Shown piece by piece: positions 42,761 to 57,453 of a stretch of 64,000 nt of DNA. A program made the position numbers and the translations under genes. The stretch is from Octopus vulgaris (Eukaryota), in contig OX597816.1 of NCBI GenBank assembly GCA_951406725.2, positions 104,408,001 to 104,472,000 of the forward strand. Direction: 5' to 3'. Numbering within the stretch: the stretch's first letter is position 1; the number at the start of each line of letters is the position of its first letter. The notes below the pieces were generated by a model, which was not told where the DNA came from, ran no database searches, and saw nothing but the letters and a program-made list of their open reading frames with translations.

Positions 42761-43629
42761 ACTAAATCATTTTAAGGAATTCCAGGCTGGAATCATTTAA
42801 TAAATATGTATCAAAAATAGGTTACAGCATTGTACAGTCTAAACACTAATATTCCGTAGCTAAAAGAAACATCCGAGTGTTTCATGAAGGCTTCTTTGAC
42901 CCAATAGCGTACCCTTAACATAAAATATAGCTACAATTTGAGACAAAAAATAACAACAAATATTAGGTAATGTAGTTCTACTGCTATCAATAGACTATGG
43001 CTCATTTGTATCAAAATTTACAGTTCTGATATCTACGCATTGTGATGGATACATTTTTTTCATGTTACAACCAAACGCACGTACACATATATTAATCTTG
43101 TCGCCATCTTAATACACCTTCCATGAGAATACTGTCGCACATGACGCAATTAACTTATAACAGATCTATAATATTTTCTATCGATACAGATATATACTAT
43201 CCAACGCCATCGCAAGTAGTATGATTTACGCATCAGCACTTCTATGTACTTTCCTCATCAATAAAGGCATCTATATCTTTACATCCGTGTCAATTCTACT
43301 ACAAATGAATCTATGAAAAGTCCATCACTAGAAGTTTCGGTTGAGTTATTTGGAATCTATTCTCATAGATCTTCTTGCCCCCTGTTAATGCAAATATACA
43401 TTCTCCCTTCGCCACACACATATATATATACTAACATCCAGCACACACACATACACGCGTCTACCTACACACACACACACACACACACGCACACACACAT
43501 ATATATATATGTTTCAGAATTGTATGAATGTGTATAGAATAGTACATCAGTTGAATAAGTTAAAACATGGTCTGGTTTTCATGTTTTTTATTATCGTATT
43601 TTAACATTAAAAAAATATTTTGTAAAGCT

Positions 43630-44330
43630 CATAACGTAAAATTAGCGCTTTCATACATAGTGTGATCATCAAATTTCAAAGGAGTTTCACTGACAGTTGA
43701 GTTCTTGACAACTTTAGTACCTCTTAGCACGCTCCAACCAGCTGAATTTACAGAATACCTTTTTGACCAATCCACATGCAACTTAAATATCACGGTTTGC
43801 TAGGCGTACCGATATTCAACAGCTTGTTGATGTTTATATCCTAGATATGTTTTTTATTGCTGTTATTTTCGTCCAGAACAAGATTGAAATTCTAATAAAC
43901 CATTTTTCTTTTATCTTTCTTCCAACGTCACTTGTGTCATGTAGTTTGTGAAAAGGAAAAATTGCAAACGTTTTCTGACCACGTGTCTCTATATGTTCGC
44001 TCAAGGAAACTTGGTGAACATTGGTGCCCCAGATGTGTTGTCTATGGACTCGTGAGCGTTTCGATAACGCATTCCCTGTGTCGCATATATATAATTCCTC
44101 GCAATTCGGGCATTGAATGCAGTAAATCAAATTTCTGCTTTTGCAGTCCATATCTGCATTTGCAAATATCTGTCCATTTTTTTGTTGTAATGGATCTACC
44201 CGTATGTATGTATTGCACGTTACACATCTGTTATCATTACACTTAGACTGTGAATGCTTTATCTTGTTTGTTCATGTTGAATTCTGCCTTTGTTAATAGT
44301 TAGACACATTTGAATTCTTAAATATGATGA
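43630..44330 (-). mobile_element. Decayed PLE 3' fragment (GIY-YIG domain)
   Basis: CKSRNLIYCIQCPNCEELYICDTG...HRQHI...IFPFHKL...KEKWFI, homologous to the 10364 ORF C-terminus. Confidence 0.8.
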
Positions 44331-44435
44331 CTACTCTATGTATGAATGCGCTAATTTAAATTTATGAGCGTTGCATAAGACGAAACCAAAAGACGAAGAC
44401 AGGTGGTGTAGACAAGAAACCGATGTATTATTACA

Positions 44436-44517
<82 letters not shown>

Positions 44518-44593
44518 CATATATATATACATATATACATATATTATATATAAATATATATATATATATATAGAGAGGGAGAGAGGAGGCATG

Positions 44594-44638
<45 letters not shown>

Positions 44639-44890
44639 GTCTGATGTATGCGGGTATACTTTCATTATACAGTTATAACTAAGGTGGAGAGATGATATAA
44701 TAGTTGGGTAAAAGCCTCCAGCATTTCTTCCAACTATGTTCTGAGTTCAAAACCCGCTGGAATCAACTTTGCCTTTAGGCCCTGAGGAGATGACGAAATT
44801 AAATTACGAATCAAATACTGGTATTGATGTGGTCGACTATGCCCTCCTCTCGAAACTTTCTTGTGTTTAAACCAGAAGTCATAGTTACAG

Positions 44891-44931
<41 letters not shown>

Positions 44932-45713
44932 CAGTTATTACCGATGCAGAGATTATGTGAACATCATAATGAACTGCAGTATGTTCCTTATATTATTAAT
45001 AAATAGGTTTCCTGTGTCATCATGCATGCACTCTGAAATATAAAAAAATAACGGTATCTTGCTAAAGAAATATGTTTTGCTAATCAGGAAATGTTGGAAA
45101 ATGTAATTGACTAAGACCACAAATTCTGTCTATGAATAACACGAGTGTAGCATTGTAGGATCTTCGACATGATCGCCCAATTTGCTTGAGATATCAGCCA
45201 TATTTTAGTCAAATCCCATCCTATTTCTTTAAAAAGGAACAAAACAATGAATGGTTTAGTCCTAAATATATTAGTGCTGAAAACTAAGATGGGTTTGCCA
45301 TGGCTGGAAAGCCTTTTGTCAGGGGTCTGTTTATCTGGGTCTAATCAGGAACAACAGCGTTAATTTCTTTCAAAAATTAACACTGTCATAATGTATTTAT
45401 CACTAACAATACTATATTTCACCTAATCAACCACAGAATTATGGCTTTCCTCCCTATAATGGAGATGTTTGCTGTTATACGTAAACTCTCCACTAAGAAC
45501 ACTGACGTGCTAATTCCTTCTTAGCACGCACTAAAATATCTCTGACCATCAGCGAGATATTGGCTTTGTACACCAAAAAGATATATATATTTTGTCCAGC
45601 ACTATTTTATCAACGATATCCACTCCACCAACACATATGTCCAGTCTACAATCAAAAAAATACGTTCTGTTCAGCATTGTCAACGATAATCGTACCACTA
45701 AACTTACCTATCT

Positions 45714-45764
<51 letters not shown>

Positions 45765-46235
45765 TTTTTGCTAATTTGTTTACAAAGTGGAATATCCTAG
45801 TTTGCTTTGAGGAAGTGGAAATGTATGACTTTTGGGGTTCTGACTCAGACTATCACGAGTTTCTTCGGCAATAATTTTGCTGAGATCAACATATATCTGC
45901 CGTGCAATTTTGGTATTTCTTTACTTTTTTCAGTCATTAGACTGTGGCTATGCTGGCAAAACGTTTGGAAAAATATATCAAAACTACTTTACGTATAGAT
46001 ATGTTCCGTTTATTTTAAATCACGCTATATCTAGTCCATTATCACAAGTATGTACTAGAATATAATCTGTAGTCCGAGGTGTTTTCTCATCATTGTGAAT
46101 AAAATCATAGTGAATAAATATCCATCAATCGACCCATCCATCCAGTCATCCATCCATCCGGTCTTCCATCCATCCATCCATCCATCCATCCATCCATACA
46201 TATATACATCATACATGCATACATCCATACATACA

Positions 46236-46269
<34 letters not shown>

Positions 46270-46689
46270 AGCACATATACTCTTAGAGTCTGTCTATCTG
46301 TCTCTGTCTTTCTCTCCTCTCTTTCTTTCTCTTTGTCTCTCTCTTTCCTTCCCCCTCTCTCAAATGCTCATATATTTTAATATAAAAATTAGCTAAAGTA
46401 AATAACCCAGAGTGACCACTGGTATGAATTGGAACGAGAAAGACAAATAAAAGTATATCAAATACTATGTAAGTCTTTCATTTGGAATGAGTTTTTTTCT
46501 CACAGCATTATTTGACGTATTTCCATTCGGCAACCTGAGTTAAGTAGCTTCATATTAATCAAAGTAAATGTATATTACGTTATATTATAAACCATTCATT
46601 TTCCATGCAGTCGAACTGTTTTGGATGAAAGAACCTTTGACTATAAGTTTAAACCACCTTTGTTTTCAGAGCCTTGACTCGGTTCCGTG

Positions 46690-48030
46690 TTTTTTTTTTT
46701 CCTTTAAATTACACTGACCGTAAAAGAAACGCGTTACGTGTGTGACTGTGAAATATGTTTTAAATTTCAATATGTCGGAGATCAATTCTTTTAGAACGTC
46801 CAGACCAAAATTTTCTCTTAATTCCTCGTACCCTGTTCTTGCCTGTATCCTTTTTCTATCTATATCCATCTTCCAACACGTATATACCTTTTTATGTTTA
46901 ACAATTACATCCCTTTGACATTGTAAAACCAACACACACATGTCCCAACCCACTACACTAGCCTGTCCCTCCATATCCACAAGTTTTGCCATCCTCCATC
47001 CAGCCACCTCATTGATCAGTTCCTCATCCGCATCTTCCGTTAAAACGCATACATATCATGTTTCAGAGGGGAGGGTTTTTTGTATTTCTCTTATTTTTCC
47101 TTTTTATTTTGTAAAGGAAGGGAAAGGGTAGGTTTGGTGTCTGTAAGGAGAGGGTGGGTCTGAGAGGGTGTGGGTAGGGTGGGGATGGCTTGGGGGTTCA
47201 CTTCGTGCTGACCTTTTCTTTCTTTTTCTCTCTGCCAATGTCCAAAATTCCTTTCTGTCTTTTTCCTCCATTTGCACCTCTTGTTTCTTTTCAGAATTCT
47301 CCTCCATCCTATCCGTATTTTGTTTCTGCAGAGGGCAGTGTGCACTTGTGGCTTTTTTGGCCACATTTAAAACACCGAGGTATACTGCCCTCCATCCATA
47401 CTCTCAAAATCGCCTCTCCCACGGTCACTGTTTCGGCTAATCTCTCCAAGGTTCCCATATCTGCCTGCGCCACGAGTTCTAATTTCTTCCCTTTCCATCT
47501 TGCTTCCAAAGTTTCGGAGGATTGTAGGACCGCCACCTCCTCAATGTTTCCATATGGGACAGCCACTGCGACCCAATTTGCCTTTATTGTGTTTCCTGCC
47601 TACCTCCTTGCTATTTCTTCAGCCCTGTATTGGACAACCACTGTCCCAAATCTATTTCCTCTCGACATGAATACAATATCTTTGTGTACCGCATTCAACG
47701 CTTTTTCAGTTATTTCCGCCTCCACTTGATCTATCTTTTTTTCTTTCACTGCATACATTTTGTAGACGATGGTTTTCCTTGCCATGTCTTCCATAACCCT
47801 CTGTGGTGGGGATAACTTCACGTCACCACCCACTCTGTTTGCCATCTTTTGGTGTTCCTTAACGTTTAACATGTTTATTTCTTTTGTTTTTGTCCCTCTC
47901 ATCTCCGCAAAACTTTTTTTTTCCAAACACTTATCCAACTTGTTCACAGCTTTAATCAATTCCTACTCCGAAGAGGATAATTCGGATCCACTCAGATCCG
48001 AATAAAACAATCTACTCGTCGCCATCGCCA
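46690..48030 (-). mobile_element. Gag/ORF1-like pseudogene with zinc knuckle, no RT; probable non-autonomous retroelement
   Basis: Contiguous broken ORFs 47959-46800; VWMEGSIPRCFKCGQKSH knuckle; K/E-rich tail; oligo(A) on the minus strand near 46690-46700. Confidence 0.6.
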
Positions 48031-49598
48031 TCTCTCAATAGAGAGAAAGCTTAACCAGGAAAATCCGCTGCAAAGTAGCACAAAACGAAACAAATTACAA
48101 CAAACTTTCAGCACAAATGAACGACGTACGTCAAAAAAGGAGTTCAAATTGATTTTCATACTCATAACCTCCACGAGATGCACGTGCATTTTGGTTTTCA
48201 GGACAATTGTTTGCGACTGTCTCCCACGGCATTCAATGCCGCTGCGTTTTGGCGTCTCGTTTCAAGAAAAGTTGAAAGGTGACCTGCAATCTGGGTGTCA
48301 GTCATAAACCAGTATGTTTTGGAATATTTACACTTATATCCGCGAAATAAATTTTCAGAATTTATCACATAAAATGACATTTGAAAACATCGCATTTCTT
48401 TTGCGGTTCAGTGTATTACTAATGGAAATTCCTGCTGTTTGACTTAGTCACTGAGAGTGATTGAAGAGGAAATTTCGGTCAAAAGCCGCATATTATAAGA
48501 TTCTATATGCTATCAGATTTAAAATATGCTTATAAACAACAGAGTTATACAATTTCCATCAACACTTCTTCATCCTGTTTTACTGATTATCATTAACAAG
48601 ATTAATAACAGTTGCATCATGGTACAAGTGAGCATAGATCTATTGTTTGTTATTTCTCCTGCACTAAATCATAGCTGATAACATATTTTCATAGTATATC
48701 CAATTTATTACCGAACACGTCTTATAATTTATCTAGTATTCATGCTACTTGCCGAGATTACTGATTAATACAGTGTAACATAATAATTTTGATTTATACA
48801 AACAGACGAAATTATAACACACAAGGAATTTTACACAAATAATCATTGCATTATATTTATCTACACAAGAAAAATCCAAAAACAGATTTAGGAACACGCA
48901 TCATTAAGATTAAAACTAATGCTTTTAAAATGTCTACAAAACATTATCAGGTCATTTTTGTGCACTAGTTGGCTTTCTTTCTTTGATCATAGGCAGCTGG
49001 ACTTCACAGGAGACGTACATATTTTGGATGTGTCCCACTTACGGGGAGAATAATAACGTGATAATATTTTTCTTTATATCAATCTTTTATTTCAAGTATA
49101 CAGAAATGGAAATGGAATATTTGGCTAGTAATTTAGAGAAAATATACATCATATACAATATATTTTATAATACTGTCAATATAAGCGATGAATGATTAAA
49201 TATTACAGAGTGCATACTATATACACTATAATCTCACATGTACTATATGTAGTTACAAATCCAAAGCACGTGATGAAATTCTTACAATGTATAAAGGAGT
49301 TAAAAGACATTATTTCTGCAAAACTTTCTGTTAAAATGACGTCAACTTGAAGTTATTTCTTAACCATATACATTATCTAGAGGAACCAATGATTGTAGAA
49401 GCACTTTGCTTTCTTAATTCGGAGAGTAATAAGAATGATAATACAGAGTCCATCCGAAGGAGTCAACAAACCAACTTTTCCTGGCTGGCAGTAATCTATA
49501 TTAAACATGATTTCTGGAGTATATTCTTCATTGCCTGCAAACATGATGAATGAGAGGATATAGAGGAATAGAGTATATATGTACATGTATATATATAT

Positions 49599-49643
<45 letters not shown>

Positions 49644-49648
49644 CATAT

Positions 49649-49689
<41 letters not shown>

Positions 49690-49793
49690 CATATATACAT
49701 GTATTATATATATATATATATACATGTATATATATACATGTGTATATGTATATATATGTATTATATATATATAATATACATGTACATATATAC

Positions 49794-49833
<40 letters not shown>

Positions 49834-50374
49834 GCACACACACACATAACTTTAATTAAATATAGGAACAGAAAAATTGTACTAAACAGAGGAAGAAACA
49901 AGCAGGGCATTTCTTCTTACACGGTACAAGAAATCAATAAAAAGAAATGGTCGCACAAAAGATTGGAGTTACATTCTATTCTCCTCGCGGGGATTGAAAC
50001 ATGTCCGACATTTTCTTTAAACTCTAATAACAGCGGAACCCATAGAAACGGGAATAAATACTGTGCATCGGTAACAATATCAAGAAAAAACAATAACTAA
50101 CAGTAAAATAACACAAACTACATTATTCACTCTAAGACTACACACAGGCACGCGCGCGTGCACGCACACACATTCACGTATACCCACATTTGTGTATGCG
50201 CGCATGTAAATATAAACAATGTGAGAGCATCTATGTTTTGATTGTTGCCATGTTATTCTAACATAGTTTGAGGTTTGTCAGCTTCCAGAGGAATGAGATG
50301 TCGAGTTGAAAATAAGCAATCATATATTATGAACTTTCACGTATATTTTTCTTAATTTTCGTATTTTCATGACA

Positions 50375-50437
<63 letters not shown>

Positions 50438-50779
50438 AATTGTACCGTTCTGTTATTCCTGGGATCAACAAAAATAGTACTCCATCCATTTTGAGATAAA
50501 TATCATTTAATATACACAGGATTTAAATGCGAGCTATTATTAGTTTCATGCCTCTAAAATACAAAAGTCAAACTTGTATACCATAGCGTGTATTTCTAGG
50601 CAATTGTTCAGACTCGAAATACAGCATGGCTGCTCTTTGTGAAAAGCGGGAAAGCACGAGAAAGGACGAGAAGAAGAATTTAAGAGAAGGCAGAGGTAAA
50701 GGAATTATGGGTTGCGTCTCTTGGGTCCGTTTAAATATTAATATGGTCGGTGTAATTAATCCAACAATGAAAGTTTTAA

Positions 50780-51560
50780 ATTTGTGATACTACACGGTTA
50801 TTACAGAGAAGGTGGTGTTTTAATGGAACTTTCAGAGCTAGAATTCAGTAAGTCAGTAGAGTTCGTCGATCTAAAATGGAAAGATCTTTCAGCTATATAA
50901 AGCCTGCATCTCTTTATTCCGTTGATGTATGCCATGTTTCGCCTCATGATGTTACATGTAATAAAGTTTGGCGAATTCAGATCCCATATATGGCTAGCTA
51001 ACTTCAAGGTCTCCCTTTTATCCTCGTGTCGGAAAGAAGACTGATAGGTGGCATATAATTCTAAGTCACTTTAGAAAGTAATTTTCTTTCAAGTTTCAGT
51101 ATTTTAGAGCATTAAAGTAACTTCTGCCTCAAAAGCTACTGAACTTAACCTTACAAGCTTAGTTGAGTGCGCAGGGTTTTGGTCGTCTCATACAGTTAAA
51201 ATTTGGACTTGATATTTGATGCAACTTGCGCCTGATAATATTTTTTATGTTGGGGCAGCAGCTGTATGAAACCTCTACCGAATATCTATTAAATATTTTT
51301 AGTGATTAGATGCTATTCGTATGGAATACATCATCAATTAATTACGGACCATGCATTTTCAGTTCTATTATGTTATGATCTGAGAAAATTGTCGGTGATG
51401 CCTTCACATCGTGGATACGTTCCATGTTATTTAGCGGAGGAATGTTGTTTCTGGTTGGAAAAAAAGTTTGTTTTGCTCCATGAACATCATTTTAGCGAGA
51501 TCAAGCAGAAATTCTACCAAATTGGCCTCTTAGTTTGTTATTCCTGAGATTATGTCACCT
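50780..51560 (-). mobile_element. Decayed PLE of a different lineage
   Basis: KIFNRYSVEVSYSCCPNIKNII and KLASHIWDL...AYINGIKRCRLYIAE...LLNSSSE resemble PLE linker and C-terminal motifs. Confidence 0.6.
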
Positions 51561-52229
51561 TCAGGTCATCTGATAAAGGGGAAGTTGAAGTCACCCATCA
51601 GAAGCACGTAATTGTAATGTTTAATTAAACACTACTGTCTATATCACGCTCAGAGATTTAATATAGCTTATTTCTTCTTTTTCGAGATCAGCGACGGTTT
51701 GTCGCTGGAAAAAGCATATAGTATTTTGCTAGTGGAGTGATTTTTCATTACTAACTGGCGGTTAACACACGCTGAGGACGGATAACCACCCAGAAACTCG
51801 AGTCCGTGTGTATCACGTAATGGTAGATATGGGAGCGATGACTTCCCCTCGCAAATATTAATCGAACGCAGAATGTGTGTCGTTAGCCAGCTGGAAGAGA
51901 TGTTTTCCTGGGGTTATAAGAGAGAACGAGACAGATAAGAAGAGAGACAGCACAGCGATGGTTTTGGCTGTCATCCTGTACTCCCGTTGTTGCTAGCGAA
52001 ATGGTATGTGCCGGCTGTCTGAGCAAACACGCTACTTTTATTGGCGGAACAAACAGGACAAAAAGATTAGAAAAATAGCGATTCTCACATTGAAACTAAC
52101 AATTTTGAAGATACTTTTACATTACAGAACACCCCGCTCTCTTCTTCATGCATCCATGTTTAAAATTTCAGAGCGATTGGATGAACAACCCGGTTTATAA
52201 GCGCACAAACAGACAAACAAGCAAAACAG

Positions 52230-52274
<45 letters not shown>

Positions 52275-52293
52275 ATCCGTATGTATGGATATA

Positions 52294-53112
52294 CAGGATC
52301 TTTGGGGTTTTTTCTCCCAATCGTTTTCAAACTTGGTATATGCATTAAGTTTTGTAAACTAATTATGAAAATGAAATTCATTTTTTCTATAAATCCATAA
52401 TTAAAAAGTTATTAGCCCTTAAATTTTGCAAAATTCGGGTATTTTAACCAATCAGAAACGAGTATTTTACACATCACCATGGCGAAAAACCAAAGTTACT
52501 GCGCATGCGCATATGGAGGAGAAAGAGATACGTGAAAGATAATCTTTAACTATAATAATACGCTTGTGCTTTTCTCCGTCACAACATATGAATGAAATAG
52601 AAAGGGATGTTGGATGAATAAGGAACGAAGGGGTAATGGCAAACTGTGTGTGCATGTAAAAGGAAGGTCTGTGAATGTGTGTGTGTACGTCTATTGCAAA
52701 CTTTCTTTCTTGAATTATTTAAACTAATAAATTTCTGTTTTAAATTTTGTGTTGACTGTTACTCCTAGCAAATCCTGTTGGTTTGTTTGTTCGTAGCTTT
52801 AAATATTTAATTTGCTCGCGAATGTTTTAATGTTAACTTCATATACACGAATGATATTTTGATGTTTTGACATGCCGACACCCACCCCACCCCTCTGATG
52901 ATGGACGAGGCAGCGAACGCGCTTTTTTTCTGACTGGACGAAAATTCTGAAAATGATCAAACTTTGAACAGCTGTTAAATTTTTGCCAAAGTTTTCTAGA
53001 AAACATAAATTACACATTCGGATTCAGCGTCATAAATTACATCTATCTGATTCATTAAAAAATTTTTAAAAAAATAATTTTGAATTGTGCCGAAAGCCAC
53101 AAAGACCCGATG
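52294..53112. mobile_element. Non-autonomous DNA transposon with short imperfect TIRs
   Basis: ta-caggatctttggggtttt versus aaagccacaaagacccgatg-ta. Confidence 0.45.
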
Positions 53113-53157
53113 TATATATATATATATATATATATATTAATTTATTATATAGAAGGA

Positions 53158-53206
53158 GCTTCTACAGGACTAGAACTGTTTCATTCAAGAGAAATCTTCA
53201 GGAAGC
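53158..53206 (-). ncRNA. Type I hammerhead ribozyme with canonical core
   Basis: Minus strand: gcttc CTGAAGA tttc(tctt)gaat GAA acag(ttctagtc)ctgt A gaagc. Confidence 0.8.
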
Positions 53207-53471
53207 AAGTTAACAAGAATTGTATTGGCATTTATACATTTAGGCAGGTTTATAGGGGTGGTGGTGGGGGACTTTTTGGGGGTAGGCATAGCGCAAAAAA
53301 ATCATACTTGGGGGAGTGGTCAAGGAGTCAGTGGTAAATTAGATAGAAGAATAAATAAAAGAATAAAAAAAGAATAAAATACAAAAATATATAGAAGAAT
53401 AGAGTTTTAGGTAAATAAGGAAATTCTCAACACACACACATATACATACACACATACATACACACACACCC

Positions 53472-53508
<37 letters not shown>

Positions 53509-53524
53509 TATACATACATATATC

Positions 53525-53560
<36 letters not shown>

Positions 53561-53714
53561 CACATATACATGCATATACACATACACACACACATGTATA
53601 TATACACACACACGACCACACATACACATACACACACATCTCCACATACACACATGCACACACAACACACAAGTCCCTATATACTCATATATACATATAC
53701 ACATATATGTATGT

Positions 53715-53747
<33 letters not shown>

Positions 53748-54322
53748 CATACATACATATGTGTACCTGTTCATACACACATATGTACGTATACACACAC
53801 ACACATATACACATACATACACACACATACATACATATGTGTACCTATTCATACCTACACATACACACATATATACATACAATTACAAACCCATTCCCTA
53901 ATTTTAATTTTATTATCTTCATTTATTACTTTTGTTATCTTTGACCGCTGGTCACAAACATCTTGGCTAGTCCCTTTTATCTTTCTACTTGAGCACAAGC
54001 ACTCACTCACGCACGCACACTCATTAGCACGCACACACACTCTCATTCGTACACTCATACACATACACGCACGCACGCGTTATATTCATACATACATACA
54101 TCTACATACATACACGTATATACACATACGTACGCGTACCTACAGATTCATGTCTACAATCTTAGAAGACTAGTCTATACATATACACCAAATATATATA
54201 CACACATACATATACACCTACATACAAATATATACATACATATATATACACATATATAATTTTACTCTGCTATGTATTGAGTACCTTATTTACTGTGGTT
54301 AACCCCGAATCAACCCGGGACC

Positions 54323-54377
<55 letters not shown>

Positions 54378-54696
54378 ATATACACGTATATACATATGCG
54401 TTTGTACATATATGTACATTTATATATATACGTATGTATGCATATGTGTGTGTGTGCGTATATGTACATTTATATGTATGTATATACACACACACACGCA
54501 TACACGCACCACTAATTTTTGTATATCTGACATGTTATGACATGTATGTGCGTAAAGCAACATATAATCGCTTACAGATATCTATTCCTTTCAGCACACG
54601 GAAATACACCCTTATATACATTTATATATGTATAAAATGTGTGAGTGCATATATATATATATCCATATATATATACATATATATACATATATATAC

Positions 54697-54751
<55 letters not shown>

Positions 54752-54879
54752 CACACACACATATGGTGGCTGCCCTCTCGTTATCGATTATGGCCATTGC
54801 ACGAAGCTTAATCAATGTTGTTATTGTGCAATGCCTGTGCAAGAAGATTTTTTTTTAAAGTGAAGAAAGGTTGTGCACT

Positions 54880-55311
54880 GAGCCAATCCCACTCACTAAG
54901 CAACAGCAGTCATAATCCGAAAAGAAGAACATGTCAACATCATCGGTAACCACTGAGCCGCAGGTTTTATGTCGGAGTTATCCTAGTTACCTGAGTTACC
55001 TTCTCCTAGAAGGATGCCCTAACAAAGGCTAGGAGTCCTTCACCCCCAATGGTTTAACCGCGCGATCGAGTACTCAGTCCGATTATTTCTATGTCCCCGC
55101 GCATGATACATCCTTAAGACATTTATTGGATGGCCGTTGACTCTCAAGAGTTCCTCCACCCTTTGATGGGTTTTGTTTTTCATCCCGCAGGGTGTCCAAT
55201 AAACACTCTCCTCACCAAGTAAGCTTGGAGGGGTTGCCGGTTTAGTCGCCGGCGACCCGACCATGCAACAGGTTGTACTGGGTTACATGTTACCAGTAGC
55301 ACTCGAAAGTG

Positions 55312-55316
<5 letters not shown>
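54880..55316 (-). mobile_element. Probable 5' region of an RTE-type LINE
   Basis: GC-rich structured segment containing tctaggagaaggtaactc...ataaaacctg, similar to recalled RTE 5' motifs. Confidence 0.4.
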
Positions 55317-55368
<52 letters not shown>

Positions 55369-55491
55369 GAAATAAAGGAATTTTTTTAAAATATCATACG
55401 AATAATATATAAAAAGGAAAAGGATCAAGAACGACAATGGATAATCAAGTTGAACGAGCGTGTAAAGCAATGGCTTCATTTACGTATATCT

Positions 55492-55798
55492 GTAGAGGCG
55501 CAATGGCTTAGTGGTTAGGGCAGTGGACTCGCGGTCGCAGGATCGCGGTTTTGATTCCCAGACCGGGCGTTGTCAGTCTTTATTGAGCGAAAACACCTAA
55601 AAGCTCCACGAGGCTCCGGCATGGTGTGGTGATCCCTGCTGTACCCTTTCACCACTCTTTCTCCTACTCTTTCTTCTGTTGGCCTGCTCGCTTAGCCAGC
55701 GGGGTGGGGTCATTCGAAAGCTAAAACAATGCAAACGCATTGTGACCAGCGATGTGTAACAACATCTGATGGTCTGGTCGGTCACGTGATCACGTGAT
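55492..55798 (+). mobile_element. SINE family A copy with (ATCACGTG)n tail
   Basis: Matches the reverse complement of 13664-13958. Confidence 0.8.
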
Positions 55799-56268
55799 AT
55801 GTTTATCTAGTTTGTGCTCGTTTATCTAGTTTGTGCTCGTTTTGTGATCACTTGTACATGGTGCAGATCATCATAGATATTCACCCATATATATACATAT
55901 ATATTATTTAATTATTTCTTTATTTATGCGCCCTTTTCAAGCCTAGCCAGGCTCATGGGCCCGGTTTCCCGATTTCTATGGCTTATGTGTTCCCCTCAGC
56001 TGGATGGGACCCCAGTCCATCACAGCGTTGTGTCTGGCGGGAGAGAGGGAGTGAGAGAGAGAGGAAGAGAAAGAATGAGTGAGACATACAGAAAGGAAGA
56101 GGCAGAGACGGGCGCGTGCCATAGGCGCACATGAATCTAGGCGGTACAATATTTGTTGGTTTGAGATATTTTATGACTGAAATTGCACAATTTGATTACA
56201 CTCTGGTACGCACACATACACACACACACATACAAACACGCATGCACACGTAATCACCAACATATTGT

Positions 56269-57158
56269 CAGGGTATTCAGGCTAACTTTGACGATTTTTA
56301 TGTCTCTTTTTTCTTCCAGGAACAGCTTAATGTATTGGTGAACAGTCAACGGCGTTGGGGAACAGAAATTACAGTTGTAATTGAGAAAAAGTTTGCTGAC
56401 ATGGTGGGTTCGGAAGCCATCTGAATATTGGAAAAGAATTATCTGTATCATGACGATTTGCGCCAGGTGTCAAAATTCTGACATCACGACTGTGGTCCAA
56501 TGCTATGTGGACACCAAAAGCAGTAAGACATGACATGGACAGCTGCAAGGGGAACTATGCAGCTGTAGCCAGTAGGAAGAGACATAGTAGGTGTTCTGAC
56601 TGCGTTCACACGCTGGGATTCATCCCCACATCATCCAGCAGAACCTTAGACTCAATTCTGAGATGGTTATATGAAGCTACTGGAGAACGTGGTCAAACCC
56701 TGGCTGGAAGGTCAAATGTGTGGCAGCAGAATTTGGACTCCTTACCGTTTCTCCGGAAAGAGTCATAAGTGGTTGTCGGAAAATTTCTACGACTTCATCA
56801 GCCCCAATTTCTTGTTTCCTAATCCTCCCGATTGTAATCACATGGGTTACTATGTGCAGGGTGCGGTTGAGAAACATACCAGTCGCTCTGGTTGCAACAC
56901 CAGGTCCGAGCTGGTTTCCAAGATCAAGGAAGTGTCCGAAGATCATTCCAGGGACACAATGAGGAGCGCGTGCGCCAGGTTCCAGAACCGTCTTGAAGTC
57001 GTGATAGAAGCTGAGAGCAGTTACTTTGAGTTGACTGTTTTCTCCCATCCACAATCTTTAAAGTTTTTTTCCATTATTTTTCAAAATAATTTTATTTCTG
57101 GGTGTGATATTGTGCTTTTCCTTTTATGCAAACTGTCAAGTTCAGACCGAAGATTCTG
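56269..57158 (+). mobile_element. Internally deleted Tc1/mariner-superfamily transposon, related to 14725-15406
   Basis: Imperfect TIRs; LLENVVKPW, PNPPDCNHMGYYVQGAVE, ACARFQNRLEVVIEA. Confidence 0.75.
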
Positions 57159-57389
57159 CATGCATATAATTCTGTTCCCATTACAATCATACACACATAC
57201 ATTCACATATATCTACAAAAATGTATGTGTGTGTACACACATATATGTATTTAAGCATTGTGTATGTATCTAGTAGTTAATCGGTGAAGTACGTTCACTG
57301 TTTATGGTTACCTGATATCATACATGAAATTTATACAATTGTCGCTGGATCTACCTCAAGAATTCCTCAGTGTTTTCGTTATACACACA

Positions 57390-57451
<62 letters not shown>

Positions 57452-57453
57452 GA

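Noticed and set aside
51630-52230. Possible Helitron-like non-autonomous element
   Set aside because: Only vague terminal similarity; no clear hairpin + CTAG end
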